Shown here: one piece after another, positions 26,251-26,841 of the stretch
How the letters are laid out: each line of letters opens with the position of its first letter
Numbering within the stretch: position 1 is the first letter of the stretch
Program-made: the position numbers and the translations under genes
Notes under the pieces: model-generated
What the model was told of the DNA's origin: nothing
The model's input: the letters and a program-made list of their open reading frames with translations, nothing else
Database searches by the model: none
Assembly (NCBI GenBank): GCA_049449075.1
Contig: JBMTTF010000001.1
Coordinates: 1 to 26,841, forward strand
Reading direction: 5' to 3'
Origin: Minisyncoccia bacterium
GTDB taxonomy: Bacteria > Patescibacteriota > Minisyncoccia > SW-4-49-11
DNA length: 26,841 bases

Positions 26251-26325
26251 TGGGGTGGCCAACGGGAATTGAACCCGTAATGTCGGAACCACAACCCGAA
26301 GTTTTACCATTAAACTATGGCCACC
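26251..26325 (-). tRNA. tRNA-His (GTG), G-1 and CCA encoded
   Basis: G-1 then GTGGCCA/TGGCCAC, C73, TCGGG-TT GTG GT-TCCGA, GGTTCAATTCC. Confidence 0.96.
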
Positions 26326-26365
26326 ACACAATGTTTCTCTTAAAAATGAAAGTTCAATAATGCTT

Positions 26366-26394
26366 ATTTTACCAAAAACCTCCCCAAATTGCAA
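26366..26394 (-). promoter_or_regulatory. sigma70 promoter of tRNA-His
   Basis: TTGCAA-17 bp-TAAAAT with TGn extension. Confidence 0.7.
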
Positions 26395-26473
26395 ATGTAT
26401 AGTAAAACAACTATAAAGAAGGAATTTATTATATTTATATAACTTCATTGTCGCAAATAGGCTTTACTACTGT

Positions 26474-26506
26474 AAAAAATTCCCCCAAGCAAAACTGCGA
26501 GGGGGA
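26474..26506 (-). terminator. Intrinsic terminator after GC-rich small gene
   Basis: TCCCCC...GGGGGA stem followed by TTTTTT on the minus strand. Confidence 0.7.
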
Positions 26507-26515
26507 TAGGGAGTA

Positions 26516-26743
26516 TTAGCCGCGTGACCGCTCCAAAGAGCGGGACGCCTGATAAGTGCAGGCACATGCCAGCACCATGCTGGCGAGGATGGAGGCCTGA
26601 GCCCCTCTCCTGTGTGGCCCATGAGGGTCCACACAGAAGCCTATGATGAGGATGAATGCAATCCACCCAATGCCAGCAATACTGGCCCAGAAGCTAACCC
26701 AACCATGGGCTACTCTATTTTTTTCGATTTCTTGAATGTTCAT
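26516..26743 (-). CDS. Small GC-rich hypothetical 2-TM protein (75 aa)
   Basis: ATG 26743; two hydrophobic segments separated by DPHGPHRRG; bracketed by promoter and terminator; about 55-59% GC by hand count. Confidence 0.6.
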   Translation of the reverse strand: MNIQEIEKNRVAHGWVSFWASIAGIGWIAFILIIGFCVDPHGPHRRGAQASILASMVLACACTYQASRSLERSRG

Positions 26744-26769
26744 GGGAATTGATAAGGTACAACTCAATG

Positions 26770-26798
26770 CTTATACCACATTTTCCTAATTTTGTCAA
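26770..26798 (-). promoter_or_regulatory. sigma70 promoter of the small GC-rich gene
   Basis: TTGACA-17 bp-TATAAG with TGn extension. Confidence 0.65.
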
Positions 26799-26841
26799 TA
26801 TTTATTGTCTTTATTTTAGAGAATCTTATTTTTATCCTTAT

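Noticed and set aside
25043-26448. ORFs 25043-25303, 25149-25193 extension and 26212-26448
   Set aside because: They overlap tRNA-Ala or tRNA-His and their promoters.
26445-26666. Overlapping 73-aa ORF suggesting a frameshifted gene
   Set aside because: The 26516-26743 frame reads coherently on its own, and the alternative frame runs through the terminator.
1-26841. Genetic code 25 (TGA = Gly)
   Set aside because: All conserved genes are open in code 11, and TGA serves as stop in ATGA overlaps (mutS/mutL, membrane gene/nrdR).
25820-26841. Prophage or integrative element at the tRNA cluster
   Set aside because: No integrase, transposase or phage gene in the window; only the small duplication and one GC-rich gene are supported.

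Overview
AT-rich (about 30-33% GC by eye) chromosomal core region of a bacterium using genetic code 11. The compact genes, lack of Shine-Dalgarno motifs and gene content suggest Patescibacteria/CPR (inference). Most genes are on the minus strand: the infA-rpmJ-rpsM-rpsK-rpsD-rpoA-rplQ-rplM(partial) cluster, rpsO-pnp, an SLT-domain protein, nrdR, dnaJ (with a CIRCE operator), mutS-mutL, cfa, yraN, an O-antigen-ligase-like protein and typA. On the plus strand are a Wzt-like ABC ATPase, yvcK and an MsrQ-like protein. There are five tRNA genes (Leu-TAG, Leu-TAA, Ala-TGC, Asp-GTC, His-GTG), each with a recognisable sigma70 promoter. The most notable non-coding signals are: (1) about 350 bp of back-to-back long stems between infA and the upstream membrane-protein gene, a candidate unknown structured RNA; (2) a 150-bp GC-rich palindromic module behind tRNA-Asp that duplicates the tRNA 3' end plus terminator and carries an inverted tRNA fragment; (3) three perfect parS sites and a dense DnaA-box cluster, partly inside coding sequence, suggesting an origin-proximal or oriC region with no dnaA in the window; (4) a small GC-rich orphan gene beside tRNA-His. 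No CRISPR array, integrase or transposase was seen. All calls were made by reading the sequence; no searches or folding programs were run.
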